Source: Perkinsus chesapeaki ATCC PRA-425
Lineage: Eukaryota > Protista > Perkinsozoa
Length of the DNA stretch: 64,000 nucleotides
Direction of reading: 5' to 3'
NCBI GenBank assembly: GCA_013115145.1
Contig: JAAPAO010000003.1
Location: 169,153-233,152, forward strand
This document shows, piece by piece, positions 48,929-61,302 of this stretch. Made by a program: the position numbers and the translations under genes. Every line of letters starts with the position of its first letter. Positions within the stretch are counted from its first letter, which is position 1. Under the pieces are notes generated by a model that had not been told where the DNA came from, did not search any database, and saw only the letters and a list, made by a program, of their open reading frames with translations.

Positions 48929-48998
48929 TATTATACTATTGTACACTAAGTTCTCACCCCCTAATTTGACTTGTAGATATCCGCCACTGGTGTTGTCA

Positions 48999-51420
48999 AT
49001 GCAATCGGGGGTTCTCGATCGTCTGTGGCCCTATGCTTCAGCGTTCGGGAATTGGTTCGGTAAATGTCGTCAACTCGGCGATCGCGCAAACTTTCGCAGA
49101 CTAGTAGTCCCATTGGATTCACACCTGCTAACAGGTTGCGCGGCATATTTAGTTCCCAACGGACGTTCCTGCATACGCCAAGCAAGTCCGCAGCACAGGT
49201 TAGGGGTATGTCTGCCTGAAGTGGCTTCGCCGTTCTGTTCGCCAGTGTGGCTTCTTGTTCAGGACATGTTCTCGGTAATCTGTTTGTCGACTTCTCGAAG
49301 TCTCTGGATAAATATAGATGGCTCGAAGATGCTCGAGGTGCCCTAGAGGATCCCAAGGCCTGGGACTTGGTCACCGACCAGCAGCTCAAAGCCTTCGCTG
49401 AGGTAGGTGATTGCTGCTACCTGCCACACAAGCTCTCTCTTAGACGCTAGAAGCGCTCACGGTATCGGCAATACTGCCAGCCGAGTTGACCCCCTTCGTG
49501 GCGACTATTCTCCCTCATTTCGGCAACCTGTCCGCACACGCTACTCGGTTCTTATCAAAGCGAGCATCCTCATGGACACCAGACGTCTGCCGGTCACTGG
49601 CGCGTTGGGCATCAGAGTCATCGCCTTCTCCTCCTGTCCGAGCGCTCGAACCCATCATCAAGGCGCTTCCCCTCGCCCCCGCTTCCTGTGCTGAAGCTGT
49701 AACTTGCCTCATCAAGGCAGTCCCTGTTATGGAAGCCCTCAAAGACGTTGTGGCCGAATACTGTATAGTCATACCCACGAACGTTAAACTGGTCAACGCC
49801 GCCATAGAAAATTATTTCTCTGCAGAAGCCGAGGTTGACCTGTTGCCCATTGCTCTTCAAGGCGCGGTTCGGCATCTCGATAGCATCGCGAAGCTTCTTG
49901 GTACCCGTACTCTGACATCAGTCCTCAACCAGCACTTCGTTGCGCTTAGAACACATAGGCGAGTTCTCGATAAGGTTGCTAGCGCCGCCACTAGAGATGT
50001 GTGTATTGTGGCGGCGGACACAGAACTGGCACGGGAGTTGGTTCGGGTGAATCAAGAAGTCATTGACGCTGACGAGCCGAACACTGCCGAGATGCATGCC
50101 AAGCTCTACCGCGAAATCACAATGATCTTTGTTACATGTTTTTGGCGGGAAATATTAACCGAGGAGCTTCACGCTACAGCTGAGGGAATCCCTCTGAGAC
50201 GGCTACTGCTCTGCTGCCACATTCTATCTCGAAGGTGCCCACCGCCAATGGCAGGGAGGACAGTTGTCGAGCTGCTAGTTGACGAAATAACGATTAAGTG
50301 TTCAGAGAAGGGCTATGCCAGTGCAAGTCTGGTGGACGGGTTACCTCTTGCATGCGCTCTGGTGTGCGACGGGGCTCCCTGGCATAGGGAACTCATCTGC
50401 TGGTCGCTTTCGGAAGCCCTTCCATTGAGGCTCTTCGCAGCTGACGTCCTGCTCAGTATTGGTGGTCTCAATACGATCTTCTGCGACAACCACGCAAAAC
50501 TTCTAGCTAAGATTGGTCCCAGGGCTTCAGGGCCGACTGCTGCGAGGTTGGCCTTGGCATTTGCTGCTGTCGCGGCAGGACGGCCCTCTGTGGTGTCTCA
50601 CTTATTCGGACAGTCAGAGTCAGCTCTTACGCCCTTCTTTTTAGCGGTTCTCAAGCTCCTCTCGGATGGTGCACTGGCTCAGCCTTGCCTGACGTCCGCC
50701 ACAGTATCCATGATAAAGTCGATGCCTCGAACAGAATCGATGCCACTTCTCTTGGCGCTGCTTCGTCCTCGACCATGTCCGGCCCTCCGCACTGTCGCTC
50801 ACGAGCTCTTGGCCGAAGACCGCGTGAGAGCTGCGATGAAGCTCGGAAGTGGTTTGGGCAAGAACCTTGTATTCCTCACTGCTATCTCGGCATGTGTAGC
50901 AGCTACCGGTGAACGGATGCTACGCGCACTGCTCATTTTTGCGGAGAAGAAGCTCAGAGAAGGTCCCGAGTTCGAGCCAGGCGTAAGGCACTTCCAATAT
51001 AATTCATTTCCAAACCGCTCGAGGCTATGGTCAGGCTCCTTGGTTGCAACTGCTCCACATTCTTGAAGCGTGCGACATGCCGCAAAAGGTTGACGAAGCC
51101 AGGCCGCTCCGGGCGATCCTAATTCAACGAGCTGGGGTACGCTCCCTCCAATACTTGTTATATCACTCGAAGTCCAGATACTGTCGGAACTTTGCATCTG
51201 CAGCGGTGAAGTCCTTGCTAGCTGCGAAGTCCCTGAGAGAGTCCGAACTGAACTGGCAGCGAAATGGTCGGAAGCTACGACTCCCTTCAACAGGCCTAAG
51301 CCGGATCTACCGTCCCCCTTCAAACGGCTCAAGACGCTGCTTAATTCTGAAGCGGTCGACCTCGGTCGTATTCGTGAGGTTGCCTCCGAGATAGCCATGT
51401 CACATGATGTATCTGAATAG
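48999..51420 (+). CDS. Hypothetical large L/A-rich helical protein
   Basis: 526-codon open exon (49486-51066) with short flanking exons. No family motif recognised. Confidence 0.55.
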
Positions 51421-51766
51421 TAACCGTTCACGTGTGGACGGTACGCGTTTCCTGTCGAAGGATCTGTCTTACGAGTTTTGGAGCCGAACCGGAGCTATTG
51501 CATCCAGCACACTTGCAGCCGGGCGCGCAGTAGGAACTCCGAACTCCTTGTGTGTGTTTTGACCAAGTAACTCCGTGTACGCGGGTAACTAGCGGCTCCG
51601 GACCGGCACACGGCCTACAGTGCTCGCCCCGGCACGGCCGGGTACGTAGCTGTGTACCGTATGGCGATCCACCCTTCATAGCTTACACCGAAGGCATCGA
51701 TTATTAAGTTAATTTTGACATCACTTCCTTGTCGGCTCCATCTGCTACGTTCAACTCCTGTCGAGT

Positions 51767-52960
51767 ATGGAAGCCGATAGTGACCCAAACAGCGAACAAG
51801 TCCGTGAGTAGAGGGTGACACTCTGCCATTTCTGTTGAATCTATCGGCAGTTACGCATCGCACTAGCTGAGCTCCAGAGAGTTCGCGAGCAGCGTGATCA
51901 AGGGTACTGGCCCAACCTCGCTCCTACCCCGTGATAAGCGTCGTCCGTCTCAGCTTATATTCACTTTCCAAAAGACTAGACGACTGCCAGAGGCTGCTCC
52001 TCCAGCAAAGCTCTGATGGAGAGCGAGCGCTACAGCGAGCCGAGGTTGCCACTATGCGCCTCGAGGATTTCCTCAGCTCTCGGCGCCCACCGAATCTGTG
52101 CGTCGAAACAGTGCCGATCCCCTCCCCAGTGGCGCTGCCAAGCCTGTCACTGCCGGCAGTCACTCCTCTGTTTTCGCCTAGTGTATTCTCGGTAATGGGC
52201 GGAGATGGTTTAGAGTCTTTGCAATGGGATGAAGGCAAGTATTGAGCTATCAGTGTGGTGCCGGCAATGTCCCGGCTTCAGGTGCCACCTCTCAGCACGT
52301 TCCAGCGGCCGAATCTAATGCGAAGGCGCTGCAAGCTGAGGTAGAAATGCAAGCGTTCCATTGCCTGGAACCGTGAGGGCAGGTTCAAGACTTACGCAGC
52401 ATGGTAAAGCGCATGGCTGAGGACGCCGGACGCTTCAGTGAAACCGTCGGCACGCTCAGAGAATCTCTTCACCAACAACAACACTTGACTGAACAGTATC
52501 GGCACTCCTATCAGCGACTGAGTGACCGTCTGAATGCTATGGAAGCTGATCTCAGAGAAGAAGTCCTCGGCCGAGGTAACTTGGAGGTAGCATCGCGACC
52601 ATTCGTCGCCATTGAAAGCCCTTGTTCAGCCTCTGCTGCGATATATTGACGATGAGGAGTCGCCCCGAGCATGCCTACGGCTACTTCGCGAAGGCTGCAT
52701 TGAGGCTATGAACAATATCAGCGAGACTGAGGAGGCTGCAGAAGTCAACGTTATTGCTGATCCGATGCAGCAAAGCAAGTACACCCAGCTTTTACCGCGC
52801 GTTTTGGTTGTGCGAAGCTTGCCTAGGCCTGATGACGCTGTTGTCGGCCTGCAAGTGGCCATTCATAGCAGACAACCTCATAGCACCACTGGTGGTCGCC
52901 GAGCGGTACTCGCGGAGCTAAACAAGGCTACACGAATAGAACGCCCTGCGAAGACGGTAG
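51767..52960 (+). CDS. Hypothetical coiled-coil protein; boundaries uncertain
   Basis: Heptad-rich exons (e.g. MVKRMAEDAGRFSETVGTLRESLHQQQHL...) linked by short introns. Confidence 0.4.
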
Positions 52961-53377
52961 ATGTGAGAATCCTTCTTCTCAACTGTTTTCAAGATTCTTT
53001 TACGGCGCAACACGTGCATTTCCCTCCCTTATATGTTACCCATCATATAGCGTCGGCTGCTCCGTCTGACCTCCTGGCAGTACTGCTTGGAATGAGGTTT
53101 GCTCCCTTTTTGAGGCCTGTTTTCAGAAGCCATCTCCGCGTCAATCAGCACACAATGTCCGAGTTGTCCGTAACTATAATATTAAAGACGATTCTGTGTA
53201 CACTGGTGCTGCTCGGAATTAAGTTTCCTTGTCAAAAAGACTGGAGTTAGCGAGTGGAACGCCGCACGAGAGCTGTTCGTCGATCGTAGAGTCCTACCTG
53301 CCCAAACTCAAAAACGCGACACAGCAGGTTAACAAGCCTTTAAACGTAGCACGAAAGAAACATGTAAGCTTCAGTGT

Positions 53378-54902
53378 TCATTCCGAATCATTGGATTCGG
53401 ACTGCTGCATTTCATTCATCTCCAAATCTCGCGAGTCGGAGGGCAATGGTAGACTTTCCGTTCGCGGGGGAGATTGTCGGTATCTGACCGGAACTGCAAG
53501 GTTGCCGATGAGAGTCGCATTAAGGTTAGTTCTTCCAAAGACTCACTGCGTGCCGGCTGCGATGCACGCCAGCAGGGCAAGTGAGCCGACCATATTGGCG
53601 TGCTGGTCCCAAAGGGCTCGGCTAAGCAGGACGGTGGCCACTTTACACAGGACGCCAACCTGAACGGGCTGCAATGTCCTATTGTGGGGGATGAGGCGAC
53701 TACGACGGTGAAGGTGGTAGCAGTGACGAGCTCTCTCAAATGGAAGCCGTAGAATGATATACCAACACCTATTAAACATGACGCCAACAGAGAAGGAATC
53801 GCCTGAATACCATCAGTCTGTTGAGATCATCTTCAACGCTGCTACCTCGGCGGTCCACTTGTATTCGTGAGTCAGAGTCCAGAGTTCACCGTTGAGCACT
53901 GCTGCGATTGCCAACACGGGAATGCTGAAGGTGTTGTTGTAGTAGACTCTTGTCCAGGTCGACATCGGAACTGAGTTGTCGACGCTAAAACGCGGATATT
54001 GACATTCAGCTTACCGGTGTTGATAATGTGCTTGACGAAGGCCATTTCTGTTACTATTGCAATAAAGTAGATTGACACCCAAAAGTATCCTCGAGCCTAT
54101 GCAGGGACGCATCCTCAGCCTTGAGCAGTAGCTACTTTCACCTGCATCCCATCGTCACTGACCATGTAGGTGAAGGCACCGAATACAATACCAAAGAGAG
54201 CCAGCCAGGACTAAGATGGGCTGAACTTAAGAGATGGCTCGTGCTAGTCTCACCCGCCCACTGGGGAGATCCCTTTCCAAGCAATAGTAGTCCAGGAAGG
54301 CGACCGCTAGCGGTGAACAGGACCTGAAAAGATAGACGGCGAGAGAGCACAGGCTCTACCTGAACACGATCACGGTTTCGACATTAACGTGCTGCAGCGC
54401 CTTTACATTCGTGAAGAGGCAGAGACAAAAGGTCAGCACCACGCCTAAGCACGACACTAGAAAATGAACTCCTTCATTCGAGAGCAAATCACCGATGAAC
54501 CGACGAGCCAAGTCGTATTCCAATTCCGCGACGTCTGCGTTCGAGTAGCGATTGAGCAGTTTTGAGAATACTGAGATGGCGGAGTTCAAGGAGGAGGCTC
54601 AGGGGGCAGCTACTCGCAGTGACTCCAAACTGACATATCAGCAGGAAGCAAGGGGACGGTATCGAATGCACTGCGAGCTTGTTAACGATCTGATCACAGC
54701 ATGTTCGGTGATGAAGGTGTAGCTGTTGTAGCTCACTAGAAGAGTGCTGCTACATGTAGAGTACATAAATATTGCCCAGCTGATCTGGGCGGGGCTTTTC
54801 ACGTCCTGACTACTATTTCTAACCCTGAGTCAGCGATTGGTGTACCTTTTGCGGTGCGGGAGTTTGAATTGATAATGCTGCTCCCGAGGCGTTTTTGCTC
54901 AT
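53378..54902 (-). CDS. Nucleotide-sugar transporter (GONST3/4-like, GDP-mannose/GDP-fucose type)
   Basis: AIFMYSTCSSTLL/IVNKLAV, LFTNVKALQHVNVETVIVFR, IGVGISFYGFHLRELVTATTFTVV/GVLCKVATVLL. Multi-TM. Confidence 0.8.
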
Positions 54903-55089
54903 TAGTTGTTCAAGCTGCGCAGTTGCGTATCTCGTCTTCCCTGCTGACCTCTCCAAATCGCTTGTCAGTTTATAACGGTATAAACTCGAGTCAGTGATAA
55001 CGGCAAGAGACACTATAACAGAAGCATGAGCTCTAACACGGTGAAGACCACCGAAATGATAATTGCGCTCCACTAAGAACTCTGCAGCC

Positions 55090-56019
55090 TCATCGACTGC
55101 CGCATCCACCGCACCAGCCTCGTCCTGGTTGGCTCTGCCCGACTCCACCCGACCTAGTCCGGTTAACAGCGAACGCTCCGGCCTTCATCGGATCTTGTTG
55201 CTGTTCGTGTGGCAGCAGCTTGGCTGAGGATGCATCGCTCACAGCTCTGGTGGGGCAAGGGCGCTACCGATCTCGACGAAGACGTGATGCACGTTTTCTC
55301 CTGTCTTAGCGCTGGTCTCCACAAATAGCAGTTTATTCTCCTGCGCGTAGTCGGCTCCCTTCTGAGTTGAAACCTCACGCTCGGCCGCCAAGTCGGACTT
55401 GTTGCCACACAATGCTAGAGAGGGGCTTCAAAACAGTCAGCGTATGCAGGTTGTCACCTATGACCACGTCGGGATTGTGAGAGCTTCGCAACTCATTAAC
55501 CCATCGTTTGGCGCCCTCGAAGGACTCCCGGCTGGTGATATCGTACACGACCACTGCTGCTGCAGCGCCTCTGAAGAGGAACTCTTAGCAGCGAGCCTTG
55601 GCAAGAAATGAACGGTGGGTATTCAAAAGTTCTATACCATACCGCTCTCGCCGCGACAGCATGATAATATAGCAATAACACCAACGCAAGGGGTTACCTG
55701 TAATACATGGGAGCAAGACTCCGATACCGCTCCTGGCCGGCCGTGTCCCAAATTTCAAACTTGATGTGAACGGGGGAATCCGGGAAGGGACTGACGGTCT
55801 GTGTCATGAACGCTGCCCCAATAGTGGGCTCTTGGTACTCGTAGAACTCCCCTCGAGCGAATCTTAGGTTAAAGCAAGCTTTACGTACGGTTGCTGTGCA
55901 GCTCACCTGACAACCACGCAGCTTTTCCCTACACTGGCGTCCCCTAGCAGAACTAATTTATGGTGTAATATGCTAGGGGCAGCCGATGCTGCTGGTGTAA
56001 GGTGCCCGTCTGTGCTCAT
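55090..56019 (-). CDS. RAB5: Rab5-family small GTPase
   Basis: [57 protein letters not shown]. Confidence 0.95.
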
Positions 56020-56396
56020 TTACGTAAGAGAGCTTGCTGGGAAGAAAGCTTGGGTTGAAAGATACGTGGAAAGGTAGAGTGACGCTTTCACGCGAATTTG
56101 GACGCTGAATGTGTTCTAATATTTACGACAAAGCATATCCTATTCCGAAGCTTAAAAACTGAGATAATCATCCCGCATATGGTACTGTTAAACCCCTACT
56201 GCTACAGTGACGTACTACAACGACGCGTCAGCGCTCCAATAACGTTGTTACACGTGTAAAAACAGCCTTTAACCGGAATAGTTTTTCTCCTAATAATCGC
56301 TCGTCCAAAGTTGAGAAGAACGTTTTAATTTTCCCGTGACATCTACCGACATCCTCTAGACGTAAAATGCCTTTAGTTCTACCATTCTTGCCCGGT

Positions 56397-57671
56397 ATGG
56401 CTGAGTCCTCCGATCTCCTGCGAAAAACCGAATGCGATGTCGAGAAGGTACTACCACTTGCCATTCGCTCCATACCGCTCTTGCCGTCAGATTAATGCGG
56501 CATTGAAGTCTATCAGCTACGCTGTCCCCGAAGGCCTCTCTCGAGTGCCGTGGATCGAGACCCTTGCCCTTACCAGCACACAGGAGCCTATATCAACGAA
56601 GGGCCTCAAGCCTGATGATCGGGTGGAGATCGAAAAGGCTATGTAATAGAAGGGTTGAGAGGTTGGTGTCCAAGGTAGCGGTTAGGTACTCTCAAGCTCA
56701 AGAGAGCGTGGTCGAGGCGTTCCGGAGGTTCGCTGCTATGGGCATCGAGGCCAATCGCCCGGATGACTTCTACGCAGAAATGCTCAAGTCTGACCAACAG
56801 ATGGGCAAGGTAAAATGCATCATTGCTGGTGTCGGGTATGGTTGCGCTTAGATCCGAGAGAACCTTGCTGACCAGCAAAAACGTATTGATATTGTTGAAG
56901 AAAGGAAGCGTCGTCAGGCTGAGAAGAAGTATGGCGCCTTAGCGGGAAAAATACTAGGACGCCTTTCGCACCTCAGGTTCGGGAAGAAAATGCAGGTTGC
57001 GGCGGCTCAGGCACGTGCCGCTCAGAAGAGGGAGAATCTTGCTGATATAGAGAAGTGGAAGGAGAATAAAGGAGAGGGTACTATCGGGGCCGGCGGACAG
57101 TCACGAAACTTCGGCTTGAACTGTCTTCTTTGGGGAACAAAATGCGGGCGTAGTGTTCAGGGGTAATACATAGCGATGGCATTTTATCGGGCTCGGCATA
57201 CGCTGCCGCCTCATTACTCTCCGCACTGGTGGCGTGTTGGAAATGCATCGATTCTAGTGGAGACTTTATTTTCCCATTGCTCTTAAGGTGAATCGGCCAG
57301 CATTGAAAAAACACTCGAGAAGGTGGCCAAGAAAGGCGGGGCGGAACCGGCTGCTGCTGGAGCTCATAAAGAGACCCATGGAAAGGGCGGCAAAGGAGGA
57401 AAAGGCGGCAAAGGTGGAAAAGGGAAAGTAAATAAGAAGCGACAAGCTAAGGACAAGAAGTGTGCAGCCTGGAGTGTTTCATCCGGTAGTTGGCGGACTC
57501 AGGTACGGCCACGGTGGGCCTAAGCGGGCGTTGAAGAACAACTCGGCGGCCAGCTGCCGTGACGTCTCATCGTTCAAGGCATCAAAGCACTCTCCTATGG
57601 GGAGAGGAAAGGGCAAAGGGAAGGGTGTAAATAAAGGGATAAAGAAGGCCGGCGGCGGCGGGAAGCGGTGA
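56397..57671 (+). CDS. EBP2: rRNA-processing protein Ebp2
   Basis: VPWIETL, RPDDFYAEMLKSDQQMGK/IRENL, KK/FGKKMQV, C-terminal G/K-rich tail. Confidence 0.88.
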
Positions 57672-57819
57672 AGCTGCCATTAGCCACCAGACGTTTACCT
57701 TACCACGTTGAACTCCAGTAACACTGTTTCTACTACTTCTACTACTACGATAAGTCCCTGAAAGATATTGCGTTAAGTTTAGAGATTCGGGGTTCATTGG
57801 TGTAGCGTTGACTGATTAA

Positions 57820-59095
57820 ATGGCAAGGACACGTGGGGAAACATCGAGGAAGCGGAAGCATTCTGAGGGGCAACAGTCGTGCCACCAAGCGTCGTCTTCG
57901 TCATCTTCGAGCTGCTCGACGGCGGCGCCCTCGGATCCTGTCCTGCCGACCAAGGCCGGCGAAGTTGTAACGTTACGGCTAACACCACGGAGCCACATTA
58001 TGGAGCAGCTACTGCGCCTGGCCGATATTAACTTCAAATTGCAGCTCAGGATGCCGCCTCAAACGACACTCAAGTCCATCGTGGACAGAGTGCTTGGTCG
58101 GTGGCGCTCTCATGTCGGCAATGGACACCGCGTTGTGGCCCAGGGCCTGCGGCTTCATCTGCCCCCCACTGTGGATGCGGGGGAGGTGATCCTTCCTGTG
58201 TCCTGGTCGATTCAGGATGTCGTGAAGGTGTATCCTCATTGTGTGGATGGTGGGGTTACATGGCTGGTCTTTGACGGTGAAGATGACAAGTGCCACGAGG
58301 CCGCCGAGCCCAGCCCACTTCCGGCGCCTTCATCGCCGATCGATACCACTGAAAGTTGCATTCGAGGCATCATGGAGTCCAACAGCGATGCAGCTGTTAT
58401 TGCAGCAGCGCAGGCAGTAGAGAACATTCCGGACTTCAGAAGCATCGGCTACCCTATGGTGCCGCCCCCTTCTGCCGGAACTTCAGCGCAGAGTAGTTCC
58501 CCGACCCCTCGACGAAATGCGAAGCAAGACGTCGTGGACGGTGGCTTAGAACCAGATGACATGTCGCGCGCTGATGGTTGTCGAGAAACTAGTGGATGCG
58601 GCCCCAGAAAGAAAGCTAAAGTGGAGCGCGCAGAAGCAAGTTCCAGCTCCGACTCGGGTAGAGGAGACACCGACACAATCGCGACGGCGCTGCAGATGTC
58701 CCACCAAACCCACATGGCGCTACTGGCTTTCCAAGAGAGGCAACAGGTAAGGTGCCCTCGGATTCTTCAGACCAGTCTCTTCGCAGTCAGTTAATCACTG
58801 GGAATTACTCGCCAAATTCTTGCAGAAAAGGCTAATTTTTTTCTTGAGAGGGTTGACTAGTCGGCCGTAATTTTGTAGAAGTTCTCGCGATTTCTTGGTT
58901 CCTCACCGACATGTATTCCAACACTGCTTGGTCTTCCTCTGATAGGAGATGCTAGAGCGGCAGCAAGCGCAGTTTGCGAAGATGCTCGAGCAACAGCAGG
59001 ATTGGATGAAGAGTCTGCATGGCACGATGCTGCAGACGCTGCAAATTGCATTTAAATCGACAGGCAATCAGCAAGCTGAACCGAAAGGTGGCTAA
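57820..59095 (+). CDS. Hypothetical nuclear protein with a possible CRAMP1/TKI1-type domain and C-terminal coiled coil
   Basis: Long exon plus one intron; RKRK and PRKKAK NLS-like motifs; VTLRLTP...KLQLRM....LKSIVDRVLGRW segment. Confidence 0.5.
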
Positions 59096-59790
59096 TCTAG
59101 TCCTATGAACAATCATAATAATTACCATTAGTAGCATGCTTCATCCCAATGAGGTTCAGTGTTGTCAAGTGCCGCTGCCCCGCGGGAAGGGTGAACGAAG
59201 TTCGTGGTATTGATAAGTTTTCGTTCACCGTGCAAAGATGTTGCTCGGAACTCTTCGAACAAGAAGGATATTTGGTTCAGATTTGAGCAAGACCTGAACT
59301 GTTAGCATCCTCGCAGTTGGGGCCGAGTTGAAGTTCGCGGCTCGGCTTCTTTGGCTTGCTGTCTAGGATACTGATTCCCACTCAAGTGGGAAATTGGTGT
59401 TGCCTTGTACTCTACCGCGAAATGAGATTTCCGCACTGTGGGTTGACAACACGGTACCATTGACACCTAGACACTAGTGGTACACTGGAGATGCACGGGC
59501 ATTTGGCGTAAAACTGCTGCACACCAGTGATAACGAGGGTACATCTCCATTGTATGTACCATGGACACCATTGTAAAGGATTCGCGTTACCTTCGTTGGG
59601 AACGTAACGGGAAGACATATTTACTATGTACTGGATGCAATGAGATCACCTACTGCATCAGGTGGCACGGCCACCGGTAGCACACCTTAAACTCATATTC
59701 TTGTCAAGGAGGTTAAAAGGAACTCAACAAGGAATGAGATGGAAAGCATAAGTCGATCAATGCACCTTAGAGAAGCTCAAAGCTTACTGG

Positions 59791-61302
59791 TTACTCCGCT
59801 TTTTCGAGAGCGCCTCGACGACCGCGGTGCAGGATAATATTCGGCACGTCGTGAGAATAGAAACGTCTCAGTCCCATGGAAAGGACACATACCGAAATCA
59901 CACCAATGAGCACTAAGAGCAACTCGCTAATGGTGGACCTTATTGGAGCTACAACCAGTGGGTGATCGTATAGAACGTGTAGGCCGCAAAGAGCCTGCGT
60001 GAAGCAAGTGTACAGAACGAAACTAATACTGTAACATACAGTTAGCAGATGAAGGCTGTTTGGCTGCTTACTGCATACCTTAAAAGACAATTTATGTCCT
60101 AAAATTATCATGCACGGAACCCTGAAGGACTGGATGAAAATCTGGAAGACATTGGTTCGAAGAGACCATAATAGTTCTGCCGCTAAACTCGGCGGTACGC
60201 AAGCGTCAGCACTTGGACAGATCTGCATTAGTGGAGTTCTCCTTCTCACGAGGCTATCAATGAGTAGTCCAATCGCGCCGGCAACAACAGGTATATAGGG
60301 AACAGAACATATTCTCAACGAGTCTCTGGAGAGTAACCATAGCGGAGCAGGTTCTTCATCCACACTTCCCAAGCAGAGACCTCGCACGCGTGCTGCGAAG
60401 TGATTCTCGGAGCCGTAAAGCGCCGTGATGAGATCCTTCAGTTTTGTGTAGTCCTCTGGTGAAGTGCATTTAGCGTCACTCACACTGAAGGAGCTCAACT
60501 TCGATGAGAAAGTGCTCCAATCCTGGAAACATCCCAATGCTTCGCGGCCCAATAGAACACTCGTGGCGACACTTAGCACCATTTTGCAGCATGAATCAGA
60601 TGTATCCTTGCGACCAAATTCCTGAATAGCATAAATGCTAACAATATCCATTAGTTGAATTATCATTAGATACAGGCATAGCTTAACGTGACGCAGATTT
60701 AAGATGATAACATCCTTTTTATCATGCGTTCGCATAAAAACGGCCAACTCGTAAACACACCAGAGGCGATCTAGGTAACTGGGAGTCCAGAGAACGACAA
60801 GCTTGTTCGATACTCGGAGGTAGTCAGAGAGCCTCGATATACCGCGCATCTTCGCAGCGAAGTCGGATTGGTTGATACAACATTTGTCGAGGAACACCGT
60901 TGTGTTGCGATGCTCGAATAATGAAAGTGTAAAAGTACTCCCTATGAACGAGAGAAGGCCAATTAAAACAAGGATAAGGTAATACAATTTGCAGGAAGTA
61001 TACCAACACAGCCAAACTCCAACGATAGATGAGATCACCGTAACTTTATAGGGCATGGCGGAGCTACAGCAAGTTAAAAGTGCAGCCTGTTTCCACCAAC
61101 CGCTGTCAGACCATGCATGGCTCAAGAAAATATCAACAGAGCTTACTGGAGCTGATGTATTATAGGCAGCCACGCAATCCTCAGAGTTCCGTAAAAGGGA
61201 TGCATCCCATATTAAGGAGGATAGAGAACAGCCTCGTAGGGGCTCGTGAGATTGAGAAGTGGCGATCTCTTGTTCACAAGAGCGAATGCAGTGCGAGGAC
61301 AT
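59791..61302 (-). CDS. TIR/HET-like domain multi-pass membrane protein, single exon, 503 aa
   Basis: DIFLSHAW, VFLDKCCINQ, KLVVLWTPSYLDRLWCVYELA, with hydrophobic segments inside and after the domain. Confidence 0.8.
   Translation of the reverse strand: MSSHCIRSCEQEIATSQSHEPLRGCSLSSLIWDASLLRNSEDCVAAYNTSAPVSSVDIFLSHAWSDSGWWKQAALLTCCSSAMPYKVTVISSIVGVWLCWYTSCKLYYLILVLIGLLSFIGSTFTLSLFEHRNTTVFLDKCCINQSDFAAKMRGISRLSDYLRVSNKLVVLWTPSYLDRLWCVYELAVFMRTHDKKDVIILNLRHVKLCLYLMIIQLMDIVSIYAIQEFGRKDTSDSCCKMVLSVATSVLLGREALGCFQDWSTFSSKLSSFSVSDAKCTSPEDYTKLKDLITALYGSENHFAARVRGLCLGSVDEEPAPLWLLSRDSLRICSVPYIPVVAGAIGLLIDSLVRRRTPLMQICPSADACVPPSLAAELLWSLRTNVFQIFIQSFRVPCMIILGHKLSFKVCSKQPNSLHLLTVCYSISFVLYTCFTQALCGLHVLYDHPLVVAPIRSTISELLLVLIGVISVCVLSMGLRRFYSHDVPNIILHRGRRGALEKAE

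Noticed and set aside
50799-51431. Long antisense ORFs (also 8643-9053, 15046-15525, 43941-44426, 48068-48430)
   Set aside because: They shadow + strand genes in GC-rich coding DNA and show no motifs of their own.
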